Shown: piece after piece, positions 11,353 to 24,479 of the stretch | Position numbering within the stretch: the stretch's first letter is position 1 | Layout: every line of letters starts with the position of its first letter | Source: Octopus bimaculoides | Lineage: Eukaryota | Length of the DNA stretch: 35,276 nt | Reading direction: 5' to 3' | NCBI RefSeq assembly: GCF_001194135.2 | Contig: NC_068990.1 | Span: forward strand, 8,883,075 to 8,918,350 | Made by a program: the position numbers and the translations under genes | The notes under the pieces: generated by a model | Told to the model about the DNA's origin: nothing | Databases searched by the model: none | Seen by the model: only the letters and a program-made list of their open reading frames with translations

Positions 11353-12160
11353 CATATGTGCGTAAGTGTGAGTGTGTGTGTTGATGTATGCAAACGCATT
11401 TATGTATGGTCTTTTAAGTGATAATTCTTATTGTTCTTGAATATATAATTTCAAATATTGTTTAACTGAGTGTATGCATAAATCCTCACCTGGCAAACGA
11501 AATCTTGCAATCCGGGAATTGATAACTAACTGAAACATTTCTCTTTGTTTACAAGAATTAATGCTCTTAAGAATTACAAACAGACGTCATAATTACATTT
11601 TCTACCACCCACCGCATCCCCGTATAAATTTACAACTCTGCATCTTCGTTAGAAAAACACCCATGACAACTATTTCATAGTGAAACGTAATTGTCAACAT
11701 TTGCGTCTTATATACATACACACGCGCGCGCGCACACACACACAAGCACACACTCTTTTGTATTAAATGTATGAACATATAGATAACTGTGCGTATACTG
11801 TGTATCTATTTATTCGAGAATATGCAAGTATGTATGTGAGAGAGAGAAAATGTGCGTTTATCTGTGCCTGTTATACGTATAAAAAGATATACCTGCATAC
11901 ATTTATAATACACGTACACACACATGGAATATATTTCAGAGGAAATACCTCAGGAGAAAAGTTCTCCATACAAAATAAAAATTCGGTAACAACTCTCTAA
12001 TAGAGTATAGTAGTATGTAAAACCTTCGATTTCCTGAGATCATCCAAGAAAATAATAGAGTATAGTATTCTCTCTGGAATGTTTAAAGCCTAAAATGAAC
12101 AAGCAGGGTAGATAACTTCAATAACTAAATGTAGGGACATATATATATATATAAATTTAT

Positions 12161-12197
12161 GGATGGATGGATGGATGGATGGATGGATGGATGGATG
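12161..12197. repeat. (TGGA)n microsatellite
   Basis: Seen directly. Confidence 0.95.
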
Positions 12198-12340
12198 TAC
12201 GTACATATATAGAGAAATATAGGTATAGATATTTATATATGGATATACATATATATGCACATGTATCTTTTATCTTTTACTGGTTTCAACCCAGGGCTGA
12301 GGACATGCAGGTGCAGTACCTGTATGTATATACATACATG

Positions 12341-12398
<58 letters not shown>

Positions 12399-12999
12399 GT
12401 GTGTACATACATATATGTGTGTGTGTATATATGTATGTATGTATANNNNNNNNNNNNNNNNNNNNNNNNNNNNNNNNNNNNNNNNNNNNNNNNNNNNNNN
12501 NNNNNNNNNNNNNNNNNNNNNNNNNNNNNNNNNNNNNNNNNNNNNNNNNNNNNNNNNNNNNNNNNNNNNNNNNNNNNNNNNNNNNNNNNNNNNNNNNNNN
12601 NNNNNNNNNNNNNNNNNNNNNNNNNNNNNNNNNNNNNNNNNNNNNNNNNNNNNNNNNNNNNNNNNNNNNNNNNNNNNNNNNNNNNNNNNNNNNNNNNNNN
12701 NNNNNNNNNNNNNNNNNNNNNNNNNNNNNNNNNNNNNNNNNNNNNNNNNNNNNNNNNNNNNNNNNNNNNNNNNNNNNNNNNNNNNNNNNNNNNNNNNNNN
12801 NNNNNNNNNNNNNNNNNNNNNNNNNNNNNNNNNNNNNNNNNNNNNNNNNNNNNNNNNNNNNNNNNNNNNNNNNNNNNNNNNNNNNNNNNNNNNNNNNNNN
12901 NNNNNNNNNNNNNNNNNNNNNNNNNNNNNNNNNNNNNNNNNNNNNNNNNNNNNNNNNNNNNNNNNNNNNNNNNNNNNNNNNNNNNNNNNNNNNNNNNNN

Positions 13000-13038
<39 letters not shown>

Positions 13039-13495
13039 ACATATGCATATATATATATGTATATGTATATATACGTTATACATACTTGATACATCTGTGC
13101 TTATTTTTGTATATGAGGTTGATGTGTGCATTTGTGTGTAACGTATATAATGTTCATATGCGAACATACTTTGGTATAAAGATTCTAAAGAAATGACGAT
13201 GCAGTGAAAGAAAAGCCTAATATTGACGCTGAAATATAATTATAAATAGATTAAAATACAACTTGGTAAATTTTGCTTCCTATCACAGTTTCATCAACAT
13301 CTCAATCTGTGAACAGTTTTAAGTCTTCTGCTGCCAATTTTATTCTGTATTTTTTTTTTTTACGTTTTTACTATTTCACTTCCTCTATATGTAACTTTTA
13401 CTCCTTTCTATCATCTACTCTTCTTACTCTCTGTTTTCTCTCATTTATCCGTTCTTCCTCTCTTCACTCGCTTTCACAATCACCTTCTTTCTCTG

Positions 13496-13648
13496 TCACA
13501 TTATATGTGTTCCACGCTTTATTCTGGAGTCACTTTTCAAAACAAGACTAATACCATTAGTTAAATTCTTATCTTTAGAAACCGAATTACCACAGAAAAC
13601 AAACAGACAAAATGTAAAAGCAAATCCAATAAACCTCATCGCAATTTT
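13496..13648 (-). CDS. Candidate exon/small ORF starting with a signal-peptide-like segment (MRFIGFAFTFCLFVFCGNSVS...)
   Basis: Acceptor-like ..tttcgtttttaaatgttagcaagCAG at 13649-13651; ATG at 13639; basic residue then a hydrophobic core. A phase-1 TG|GTAATT donor follows 13591, or the frame reads through to ..SRIKRGTHIM* (47 aa). No homology recognised. Confidence 0.22.
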   Translation of the reverse strand, partial: KIAMRFIGFAFTFCLFVFCGNSVSKDKNLTNGISLVLKSDSRIKRGTHIM

Positions 13649-13748
13649 CTGCTTGCTAACATTTAAAAACGAAATTGTGCTACTCTTTGATATGTATAAA
13701 CACACGTTCTGCTTCTTTCTCTTTCTCTTTCTCTCAATCTCCCTATAT

Positions 13749-14452
13749 ATACATACATACATATAGACATACAATCATACATACATGAATATACATACAT
13801 ATATACATGTATAGACACATTATACAAAAGCTGTCAATATTTTCCCTGTGAATATATATTTGTGCGTGTGTGTATACATACATTTATGCCTATATAAACA
13901 TACATACATAAATATATATATATGTATGTATGTGTGTGTACATACATAAATATAAAATTGTGTGTGCATGTATAATCATTACTCATTTACATGTACATGA
14001 ATGCATGTATAAATACAAATGTACGTNNNNNNNNNNNNNNNNNNNNNNNNNNNNNNNNNNNNNNNNNNNNNNNNNNNNNNNNNNNNNNNNNNNNNNNNNN
14101 NNNNNNNNNNNNNNNNNNNNNNNNNNNNNNNNNNNNNNNNNNNNNNNNNNNNNNNNNNNNNNNNNNNNNNNNNNNNNNNNNNNNNNNNNNNNNNNNNNNN
14201 NNNNNNNNNNNNNNNNNNNNNNNNNNNNNNNNNNNNNNNNNNNNNNNNNNNNNNNNNNNNNNNNNNNNNNNNNNNNNNNNNNNNNNNNNNNNNNNNNNNN
14301 NNNNNNNNNNNNNNNNNNNNNNNNNNNNNNNNNNNNNNNNNNNNNNNNNNNTATATATTCTACCTCTCTCATACACATATTCATCACCAGTCTTTCTCAG
14401 TTTCTTAACCCTCTCGTATGCTGTTGCTCCTTTTCTCTCTGTAGCTGACTCA

Positions 14453-14490
<38 letters not shown>

Positions 14491-14769
14491 CATACATACA
14501 TACATATAGACATACAATCATACATACATGAATATACATACATATATACATGTATAGACACATTATACAAAAGCTGTCAATATTTTCCCTGTGAATATAT
14601 ATTTGTGCGTGTGTGTATACATACATTTATGCCTATATAAACATACATACATAAATATATATATATGTATGTATGTGTGTGTACATACATAAATATAAAA
14701 TTGTGTGTGCATGTATAATCATTACTCATTTACATGTACATGAATGCATGTATAAATACAAATGTACGT
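13749..14769. repeat. Identical 278-bp direct repeat (13749-14026 = 14492-14769) flanking an N-gap
   Basis: Base-by-base comparison by eye, offset 743; copy 1 ends exactly at the gap. Confidence 0.9.
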
Positions 14770-15189
14770 ACTTGCGCACAGACACACCCATACGCACGCT
14801 TACACACTCCCTTCGTTTTCATATTCTCTCACACACCTGCTGTGTTTTACGCACTCTCTTGCTTCCTCACAGACAGTCTTTTATCTCACACACTTCTTCA
14901 CTCTTTTTCACACACTCTAACCCGTCTTTTCTTTCTATGTTACTCCTAAACTCTCTTACATTCACGCTGTTCTCTCCCCAACTGTTTCTCCTTCTCCAAA
15001 TTTTCATCTCTCTATATTTCTCTTCCTCTCAATTTTTCTTACTCTCCAGATACTTTCCTTTATCACTTATTGTTGTTGTTTAAATATTTATATATTTAAG
15101 CAACATATTTCGGTGAACATCTTTATTCGGTCTTCAATGACGTTTGGCATATTTCTCGTTATCACCAACCACATAATCCCCTCCTGTAG

Positions 15190-15467
15190 TCGTCGTCGTC
15201 ATGAGCTTCTTTCCTAATTATTCCCATTGTCGTCATCATCTCCATTTTCGTCATCACTTTCTTCATCATAAACCTCTCTGTCGTCATCATTATCCTCTTT
15301 GTCGCCATCACCTTCTTCCTCACAATTGCAGCTGCCACCTTCATCATCAACATTATCGGCAACAACATCCTTATCATTAATTCTGTCATCGTCATCATAC
15401 TTTTTGCCATCACCATCACTATCATCGTTAGAAGCAGTAGCATAATCGTCATCAACATCAACATCAA

Positions 15468-15518
<51 letters not shown>
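15190..15518. repeat. Degenerate (CAT/GAT)n trinucleotide tract with a pure (CAT)n end
   Basis: Pure CAT run at about 15468-15518 grading into CAT/CGT/CTT variants. The poly-Met ORF in the track is an artefact of this tract. Confidence 0.9.
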
Positions 15519-16856
15519 ATTTATTTTTGCTGTCTAAAATATATTCACCTATAACATCAGAATATCATCAGTATTTTCACATTATCGTTGCCTGTTTAAT
15601 ATTTTCCATTTTGTTGTGTCGACGCCCCCAGACGATGAAGTAGGTTAGCCCAATACGTAGATATAGAGGGAGAAGTCTAGACGTCGTAGTAATTGAGTAG
15701 AGGCTATCCGAACGTGCGATATAACACATATATAGAACAAAATTGATACAAGTTATATATTTAATAATCAACAGAAAAAAAATAATAGTTTTCTTTTATG
15801 ACTAAAATGGTCGGAATGCAGGTTGTAATTTCTTGGTAGGGAAAATCAAAAATGTGGGCTCATTTTCCTGTTACAACCCATATATAACTCATCGAGCATG
15901 CACGACACATTGATGAACACAAATCAAAAACAGGAAAATCTGAGCTAATGAATAGCTTCTATGTAGTCCATAGATCTTCAAGGTTTAGAAACCAAATCGT
16001 CATGATAACTGAACATATTAGCTACAATAGCTAGTGGTACACTATTCTTAAAGATGAGACGAGGTAGAAATGGTTTGGAGAAACGTCTACTTCATCACGA
16101 TCTACTTTATTCTGAGCTATAATACTGCATCTACTAACCATACTCCCTACTCATACACAGTTGTTGCTCTCTCAATATTAAGTTTGAGAATCTCTGATTA
16201 TCATCCATGATATATATATACATTTATAACATAGCAGGTATTAAATCTTAAAAGTAAATTCTCTCTTGCAAATATTCTGATCATGTTTATCTCTTGATCG
16301 AAAACAACTTCCTCCCTTCTTTCCACTCGATTTGGAAGCGTTTAAAAAGAAAAATAAATGCTTGTGAGCGATGAACTTACTCCCTAAATCAGTAGTATAA
16401 ATACTCTTCAAGCTGTCAAGTAGTAAATTTGACTTTTGAAAGCTGATAGTTATTCAATAAATCATGAGTATGGTCTGCATATTTGTGAGCTTTGAAAACA
16501 TATTACCAGAACGAAAGTTTTATAGAGTCACTCGAGTTGGAATATTTAGCTCCAAATATCCCTTGAATCACGCCTTACGAATTTAGAAAGGTATATAACA
16601 GAATGAATAATGTAGTCCAAGTTACATCATCTGCAAATAGAAGTGATGGTCACCACTTGAATATATTTTATCAAATGTTTGCTCAGCTAGAGTTGGCCTG
16701 CGAACTAAACAACAAAAATTAAGTTAACTGCAGTTTTCATCTTTCAAACTCAAGCTACCCTTACCTAAACCTTAATGACACACCCAATTCTTGTCCCACT
16801 CATTTCGTCAGAACTCCTTCACCAGACCAGACGCTGAACCTTGACCTCCATTTTTA

Positions 16857-17090
16857 TTACCAATGCTCCTTCTTGACCAGATTTATATTTTCCCAAATAA
16901 CAGTCTGTGGATATTCAATATGAGTCACAGCCAAATCGATATTATTCTCAGTTGTTTGGAAGGATTTGCAAAGAACTTGCTTCTCATCTTCAAACCAACT
17001 GGTAAAAATACCACTTCTCTTCCTGTGTACTGTTAATGCACTTGAAAAGAAGTTATTGGCATAAATAGGACGACAATGATGGTGTTCATA
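16857..17090 (-). pseudogene. Possible piggyBac-like transposase scrap
   Basis: PIYANNFFSS-ALTVHRKRSG-..SFQTTENNIDLAV loosely echoes the piggyBac 'Y.DNFFTS..GT.R.NR.G..N.I.AV' region. Weak, by-eye similarity only. Confidence 0.22.
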
Positions 17091-19932
17091 TCTTCTCTCA
17101 GTCGGTGTCATTCTTCATTGCTAGACGGTGAAATTGGGTAAAAGATGTAATCATGGAAGGGTAAGAGGACAACCTAAATTTGGATTCTCATTGAAAATTA
17201 ACACCATTTAAAGTAAACTTTACGCTTCCTGCAGATAAATGCCTTTACGAAAAAAAAAGTGTTAGATATCTTCTAAAAAAGTAAACATTGAGTCTCATCA
17301 ACGTAAAAAGAACAGGTATTTTCTCTTAAAATAAATCACATTGTGCTGAAGAGGAAGTGGACTCATAGCTGCATAATCAATTGTATAATTACTTAACATG
17401 AAAATCTATCACCAAACCAGAAATGATAACTCAATATGTCAAATACTTAATTAACTAATTGAACCATATCCATTAGCATGACATTTAGATATTTTCAATA
17501 AAAAATGTGATCATATTTCGTTATTTATGTTACTAAGCTGTTTATATTTATATTATATTATGTTTATGCTATAAGCAACTTGGGTTCGTCTCACCACGAA
17601 CCTATCTCTACATACCACACAATGATGATTCATATATAGTCTTAACAAATAAGAGTAGCAGAAATATTGGGAGTGCCACTATAAGCCTTGCGTTGTTTAA
17701 TTACTAAAAACGTCTTAAGCTAAATGCGGTTGGATGTAACAATGAGATATTTCCTTCTTAGATCAATAAATAAGAAATAAAGAGTATGTGTAAATAGGGA
17801 AATTATTAGATCTAAATCTCTGAACGAGAAAGTATATGTGAAGTTTACAAAAGCCCTTTTGTCAATTAGACACATGTATGACCACGTTGTGATGAATTTC
17901 GCTTCACACTCATTTGCTTCCAAGTAAGATACCGTCAAAAAGCACCATGGTCAAGCGTTTTCTTCTATAACTTCCGATTGATCAATACTTTGTCTTTGGA
18001 ATTCAGTAAACGCAGTCTGCGGAATCCCGACGTAAATATATGTGAATGTTGCGTGTTTATATCTTTCGCTGTATATCAGCAGAGGATGTAAAAACATTGT
18101 TCATAATTAGTATAACTTAATAATTAATTATAAATCATGAAGGAGATAGATCATCTACTGAACTTCAATATACATACCATAGAAAACAGTTTTTGACGAA
18201 GATATGAATTGCATAGTTTCTTGTCTTCTCTAAAGGATAAGTGTATCTCACAGAACAAGTTCAAAACTTTCAAAATATAGAAGTCAACTTTTTGTTATCT
18301 ATGTGACAAATTAAAACAGAATTATGACTCCAAGATTAATTATTATATATGATTTTTAAGTATATGTTTACACTTTAGGTATATGTTTATTGCGTCTTAA
18401 ATATAATGTTTCAAACGCATGAAATATGTATCCATATACAGAATTATTTTGTTACATTGCACATGTAATATGACAGATTATGCAGTTACGATTATTTCTC
18501 ATTTCTTTTCAGAAATAGCGTGCTCTGAACTCCATTATCAATTGTATCATCTAAAACGGAAAGGAATGGTTACAATGAAATTTAGCTGTCATTTCTAACA
18601 TTGTACGACAACGTAACGGCTTCATTGCTTTGCTCACGTATGAATATATATTAATGTAGAAAATTTTCAACATTAATATAGTAAAATAATTGACTGTTTT
18701 TATTAATTAGGTTTTATTTTCTGAAGCAAGAATGTTATAGAAGATTGAAGGAGTCCATCCCTGTATAATACTTCTATTTATTGTATTTTTATAATTAGAA
18801 GGACTGACCAAGATCAATTATATAACTCACTAAAGAGAGTATGAAGTATTCGTGTTCTATTTCTATTCATTCAATCAGACATGCCAACAACATTCCAAGA
18901 GACTAGAAAAATATAATTTCCACTCTACATTCATCTCCTTCTCTTCCAGTACCTCTTACTTGTTCTTCTATTTGTCCATTTTTATTCCTTTCCTGAATGA
19001 ATTCTATTGACTATATTTTCTTCTATTGAAAAATCATCAAACAATACAACGAAACTGATTCATTGCTAGTTATTTTTGTCTTTGTTTATATTTTCGTGTT
19101 TTTGTTTATGATGTTGCCATCGCGAATACAATATTATTATTCTAACAATATATAGGATGACTTCGTTTTGGAATTTCTCACTTGAGGACAATGATTTTGC
19201 AATGATAAAATGATGGCTGAGCAACATATTGTCCAATAAAAAATATACTTTTATATCCATACACAAATACACTATCAGTGTGTGTGCATGTTTATGTATG
19301 TGTGGATATGTAAAATAGTAATCGAGAGTGAAGACACTATTTTAATTGCATTTATCGATTGGGCATGTATAGAGATTAGTCGCATAAAGTGATCGGGAGA
19401 ATCATCTTTCGACTGGAGACAATTTAGACTAGTCTACTCAAAATTCTTTACGATCATTCCAAAGAGTTGATGCTCAAGCCTGATTTTTTAACTGTTTCTT
19501 TCTGCTACGGAAACAATAATAACATAGACTAAGCTAATAATAGAAAATATATTCAGTTAGTATCTCAATAAACATAACTCTGTAACATAAAGGTTGATTA
19601 AGTCTATTACAAATTCTTTATATTTCGAATCCAGTTTCATACCAATGAATTTCATACGACTAAGAAAATTTTATCTTTGCTACGTTAGTCTTTTACAGAT
19701 TTTATTCTATTACTGTTGTACAAGATTTGAACATTTTTCATATCTGGTGCTAATCTGCAATCAGCTAGGAATATATATATACAATACGATCTTTAAGTCG
19801 AGTTTGACATACTATCTGGTTATTAGTGTACTTAGTAAATAATGCACGCACACTGAAAGCTTATCTCCTGGTTATCTGTGAAGATTAGAGAACGTTTTAA
19901 GTCTTCTGCTATTTTATCTTTTCCTTTTTCAG

Positions 19933-20673
19933 AAAAACATAAAATGACGACTGCGTTCGATTGGGAGGTTTTGATATATTTCGAAATATAATTTTCTATA
20001 TTATAGACTACTGCTTTTCATTCATATTAACCATTTTTTATATACGTGTGCGTGTGGGGGGGGGGTGATCGTATGTGTATATATACATATATATATATAT
20101 ANNNNNNNNNNNNNNNNNNNNNNNNNNNNNNNNNNNNNNNNNNNNNNNNNNNNNNNNNNNNNNNNNNNNNNNNNNNNNNNNNNNNNNNNNNNNNNNNNNN
20201 NNNNNNNNNNNNNNNNNNNNNNNNNNNNNNNNNNNNNNNNNNNNNNNNNNNNNNNNNNNNNNNNNNNNNNNNNNNNNNNNNNNNNNNNNNNNNNNNNNNN
20301 NNNNNNNNNNNNNNNNNNNNNNNNNNNNNNNNNNNNNNNNNNNNNNNNNNNNNNNNNNNNNNNNNNNNNNNNNNNNNNNNNNNNNNNNNNNNNNNNNNNN
20401 NNNNNNNNNNNNNNNNNNNNNNNNNNNNNNNNNNNNNNNNNNNNNNNNNNNNNNNNNNNNNNNNNNNNNNNNNNNNNNNNNNNNNNNNNNNNNNNNNNNN
20501 NNNNNNNNNNNNNNNNNNNNNNNNNNNNNNNNNNNNNNNNNNNNNNNNNNNNNNNNNNNNNNNNNNNNNNNNNNNNNNNNNNNNNNNNNNNNNNNNNNNN
20601 NNNNNNNNNNNNNNNNNNNNNNNNNNNNNNNNNNNNNNNNNNNNNNNNNNNNNNNNNNNNNNNNNNNNNNNNN

Positions 20674-20705
<32 letters not shown>

Positions 20706-22665
20706 GTGGTAAGACTTTAACAAATAGAAAAGGATTGGTTCGGCTAAGAGAGTAAAGGTAATGTTATAATAATAAAAACAAATATTATCAAATACAGCCA
20801 CCCATGGTTTCCTGGTCGACATAATAATTATTATTGCTATTTTTCAAGCTGGGAGCCGTTTTTGAGTTGTCTTTTGAGCAGATAACGTTTAAACAAGAGA
20901 CTGGCAAAAAAGAAGACAAGAAGAAAAACACAAGGGAGGTAACCAGCACTACAATAATTCGATGTCATGCAGATGTAAACAAGATGTTGATGGTTTACTA
21001 AGTGTCTAGTGGTCTACTTTTAAATTCCAACCAGGTGTATTTCTTGAAATGCGGATATACAAAAAAAATCTCGTTCCTCGAATTTATGAATAGTCGCTAA
21101 ACTATATTTACACATTTGTGTATTTCTCTTTATATCTTTTATTCGTTTAATAATACTCACGCACTCGCTTAATAAATAAATGTAATATAATAGCAAGCTC
21201 TCTAAGAAAGTATTGGAATTTATGAAGAAACACGAAGAGTGGAGATCCCACCGAAGAATTGACTGTGAGAAATATATAACAGACTTCATGTTATAGTCCT
21301 TATGTATTGTATAATGTTTTGTTGCTTTTTTTTAACATTATGCACAATAAATACGTTAGTTCAAAGAAAATGAGACAAGTTTGCATATGATGCAATTGAC
21401 GAAATAATTAAAGCCATTTTTCTATTCAAAAACCACGCAACAAACACGAAATTGATGTGGGGAACAACATAAATTGGCTGATGCAAAATTTTATAATTTG
21501 AAGAAATCCCATTGATATTGTATTTGTTAAAAAATTGCGTCATGAGAGAGAAAAAACAAAGAACTATCTCACAGTATTAAAAACCCCAATAACATCGTGA
21601 ATTTTAATTGATCTTATATAGTACAAATCTTCATTGGCTAAAAATGCACGAAGACTACATTTAGATATAAAATATTAAATAAAATTAGAATTTATTAAAT
21701 TAAATTAGAATTTTAAAGAATTTTCTCCAGAATGCAGACTTTAATAATTGCTTTCGTTTAGTAAATGTTACATATTCCCAACTATTTAATTAGCAGCTTT
21801 CATCATAATTGCACACACATACACACAAACACACACGTACATGCATGTATTCTAATAATCTATTCCTTTAACAAATAAATATATATACTTCAAGGGAAAA
21901 ATATCACTAAGCAGTTCAGGAATTTCAGTTTTAGCACAGATGTCCTCTCAAAAGTTAATGATTATTTAAAAATCTTGAAATGCCTTCAACACAATATGCA
22001 AACATTTTTCAGTTTTCATCAATAGAATACGCACAAGCATTGATTTATGGTTAAGTTTGTTACTTCAACACCTCAGAGTTCCGCGTTCAATCCCACATCG
22101 CAGCATTTCGGCTAGATGATATATTACTAATAAACTCAAATTTCCTCAAAAGGGAAGTTTCGTGGACGAAAGTTGCGCAGTCGCCATTAGTGTGTGTGTG
22201 TGAGTGTGTGTATGAGTGTGTGTGAGTGTGTGTATGAGTGTGTGTGCGTGTGTGTGTATTTGCATGTATGTATATATATANNNNNNNNNNNNNNNNNNNN
22301 NNNNNNNNNNNNNNNNNNNNNNNNNNNNNNNNNNNNNNNNNNNNNNNNNNNNNNNNNNNNNNNNNNNNNNNNNNNNNNNNNNNNNNNNNNNNNNNNNNNN
22401 NNNNNNNNNNNNNNNNNNNNNNNNNNNNNNNNNNNNNNNNNNNNNNNNNNNNNNNNNNNNNNNNNNNNNNNNNNNNNNNNNNNNNNNNNNNNNNNNNNNN
22501 NNNNNNNNNNNNNNNNNNNNNNNNNNNNNNNNNNNNNNNNNNNNNNNNNNNNNNNNNNNNNNNNNNNNNNNNNNNNNNNNNNNNNNNNNNNNNNNNNNNN
22601 NNNNNNNNNNNNNNNNNNNNNNNNNNNNNNNNNNNNNNNNNNNNNNNNNNNNNNNNNNNNNNNNN

Positions 22666-22703
<38 letters not shown>

Positions 22704-24020
22704 CATACATACAGCTTTGTGTTATCATGTGCATATGTATATATTTATGAATGTATATACATATATAATGTATCCATGTGCGTATGTATACATATAAATG
22801 AATATATGCATGTATATATCTATGTAGATATACATATGCATTTGTATATGTATAAATTGAGGATACCATCATTAAAATGATTTTATTAGTGGCCAGCGTA
22901 TAATAACAGTCATATCGGTAAAATTAATATTTAAGTATATCATTATTAATATATAATTATAAAACATATAATTATAATTAAGGCACCGAAGGACAAACTT
23001 AGAGTGGTTTGTAGACATTTGTCTCTCCAGCGCCCTTAATTATAATTATATATTTATAATTATATACTTAAATATGCATTTGTGTATATATGTATTTCTT
23101 AATATTTTTGTGTGTGTGTGCGTGTAATGCAGCGATTTCACAATCTTCTGCAGAGTCATTTGGTCCCATACTAACAGTTGTTAAACAGGTGCCATCTACC
23201 TTACGTTAACGGAGCTCATGACACCTATTCAAATTGAACAATGTCATTGTTATTCTCCCGTTCCTTTCATGCTCACCTTCTTTTTCTTTTGATCCTCTTT
23301 CCTGCTGTTCTTAGATTTTAAACAACTCTAGAAGGAGATTTTGTCTACTAAATGCTTAAATAATCTCCCTTGATTAAGTATATTGAACTAACAAGTGAGA
23401 GCCTAATCTTTTTGGAATTAGCATCGAAATTTCTACCCTGAGGTATTTTCCATCTGCTAGATTAGAGATCTCTGCACATAGAAAATAAAAAATGTTTTTC
23501 TTTTTAATTCGGTATTCTGAATATAAACGAAAATTCCATTATCAATTAAGAGTTTGCTCTGTATTTTATGAGGCGAATAATATTCTATTATGTGAATACA
23601 ATCAGTAGATATGTATGGAAAAAACATAGAAGAAATGTAATTGTTAAAAATCCATTTACGCTATAATTAGTTCCTTTTGCGAAGAAAATCTTCGACTACA
23701 TTAGCCTACTTTAAGAAAATGTAGAATTAGTAAGTGATAATAAAAGACAATTATTTACTGGACTGATCCATTAGTGATTCTGCGTGTTTTCTTCTTAAAT
23801 TAAATATATATTACTGGTTTTAATTTATTTCTTTTAATATATAGTTATTGTGAGAACATATTTGTATCTAATTTAATTTCATTTACGTAATATTATTGTA
23901 TCAAAACTTTATTGTATTTCTTTTATTCGTTTGCAGGTTTCATTCATTGAATTGAGGCTACGCGAACTCGCCTCCTTCGAAGATTGTTGTCGATTATACA
24001 GAACCCAGGAATTATTTTAG
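19933..24020 (+). CDS. Speculative three-exon small ORF (19933-19967, 20849-20938, 23937-24020)
   Basis: Strong polypyrimidine-CAG acceptors before 19933 and 23937; GAG|GTAACC donor after 20938; all junctions phase 0, giving a 65-aa open frame. The first donor (GTTTTG) and second acceptor (caag) are poor. Confidence 0.15.
22035..22190 (+). mobile_element. Degenerate SINE family B 5' half leading into a (TG/TGAG) microsatellite
   Basis: atggttaag..gttccgcgttcaatccca head; gtggacgaaag..agtcgcc before the repeat. Confidence 0.45.
22927..23075. mobile_element. Foldback/MITE-like inverted repeat element
   Basis: Perfect 18-bp IR atataattataattaagg (22966-22983 / 23034-23051); outer 14-bp IR atatttaagtatat (22927-22940 / 23062-23075); inner ggacaaa/tttgtct. 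Confidence 0.6.
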
Positions 24021-24117
24021 TTCCGTGCGTATTTTCCCGTTTTCTATGAAAAAGAAAACTATCTAAAGTTTTGATATAGATGTACTCACATTAGCACACA
24101 CAACATACAGGCACCTG

Positions 24118-24164
<47 letters not shown>

Positions 24165-24479
24165 NNNNNNNNNNTATATATATATATATATATATACATA
24201 CATACATACAAATTATATATATATACGTATATATATTGGTAAAGTCAATATATAAATTAACTCACTATTCTAGATGATACAATTACCAACACAGTCAATC
24301 TCTCACATCTAATAAAATAATTTTTGATAAGGTATCTCTTTATTATGCTTTAATAACGACTAGACGTTTCAAAGACGAGAGTATCTACACTCACCATTCT
24401 AATACCCGAGATGTTATTCTTTGTGTACATCCTGGGTTGACAATCATTTACCATGACACTAGAAATGAAACAAAGATCC

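Noticed and set aside
15162-15518. 118-aa poly-Met ORF
   Set aside because: ATG frame of a (GAT)n tract; only the Asp frame is noted, at low weight.
15821-15878. Nested 8-bp and 7-bp inverted repeats
   Set aside because: Large asymmetric bulge; expected by chance in AT-rich DNA.
17102-17160. Plus-strand segment with a good acceptor and an AGG|GTAAGA donor ending ATG GAA GG
   Set aside because: Stops in all three frames upstream of the ATG, and joining to the next acceptors gives early stops. It also overlaps the minus-strand relic.
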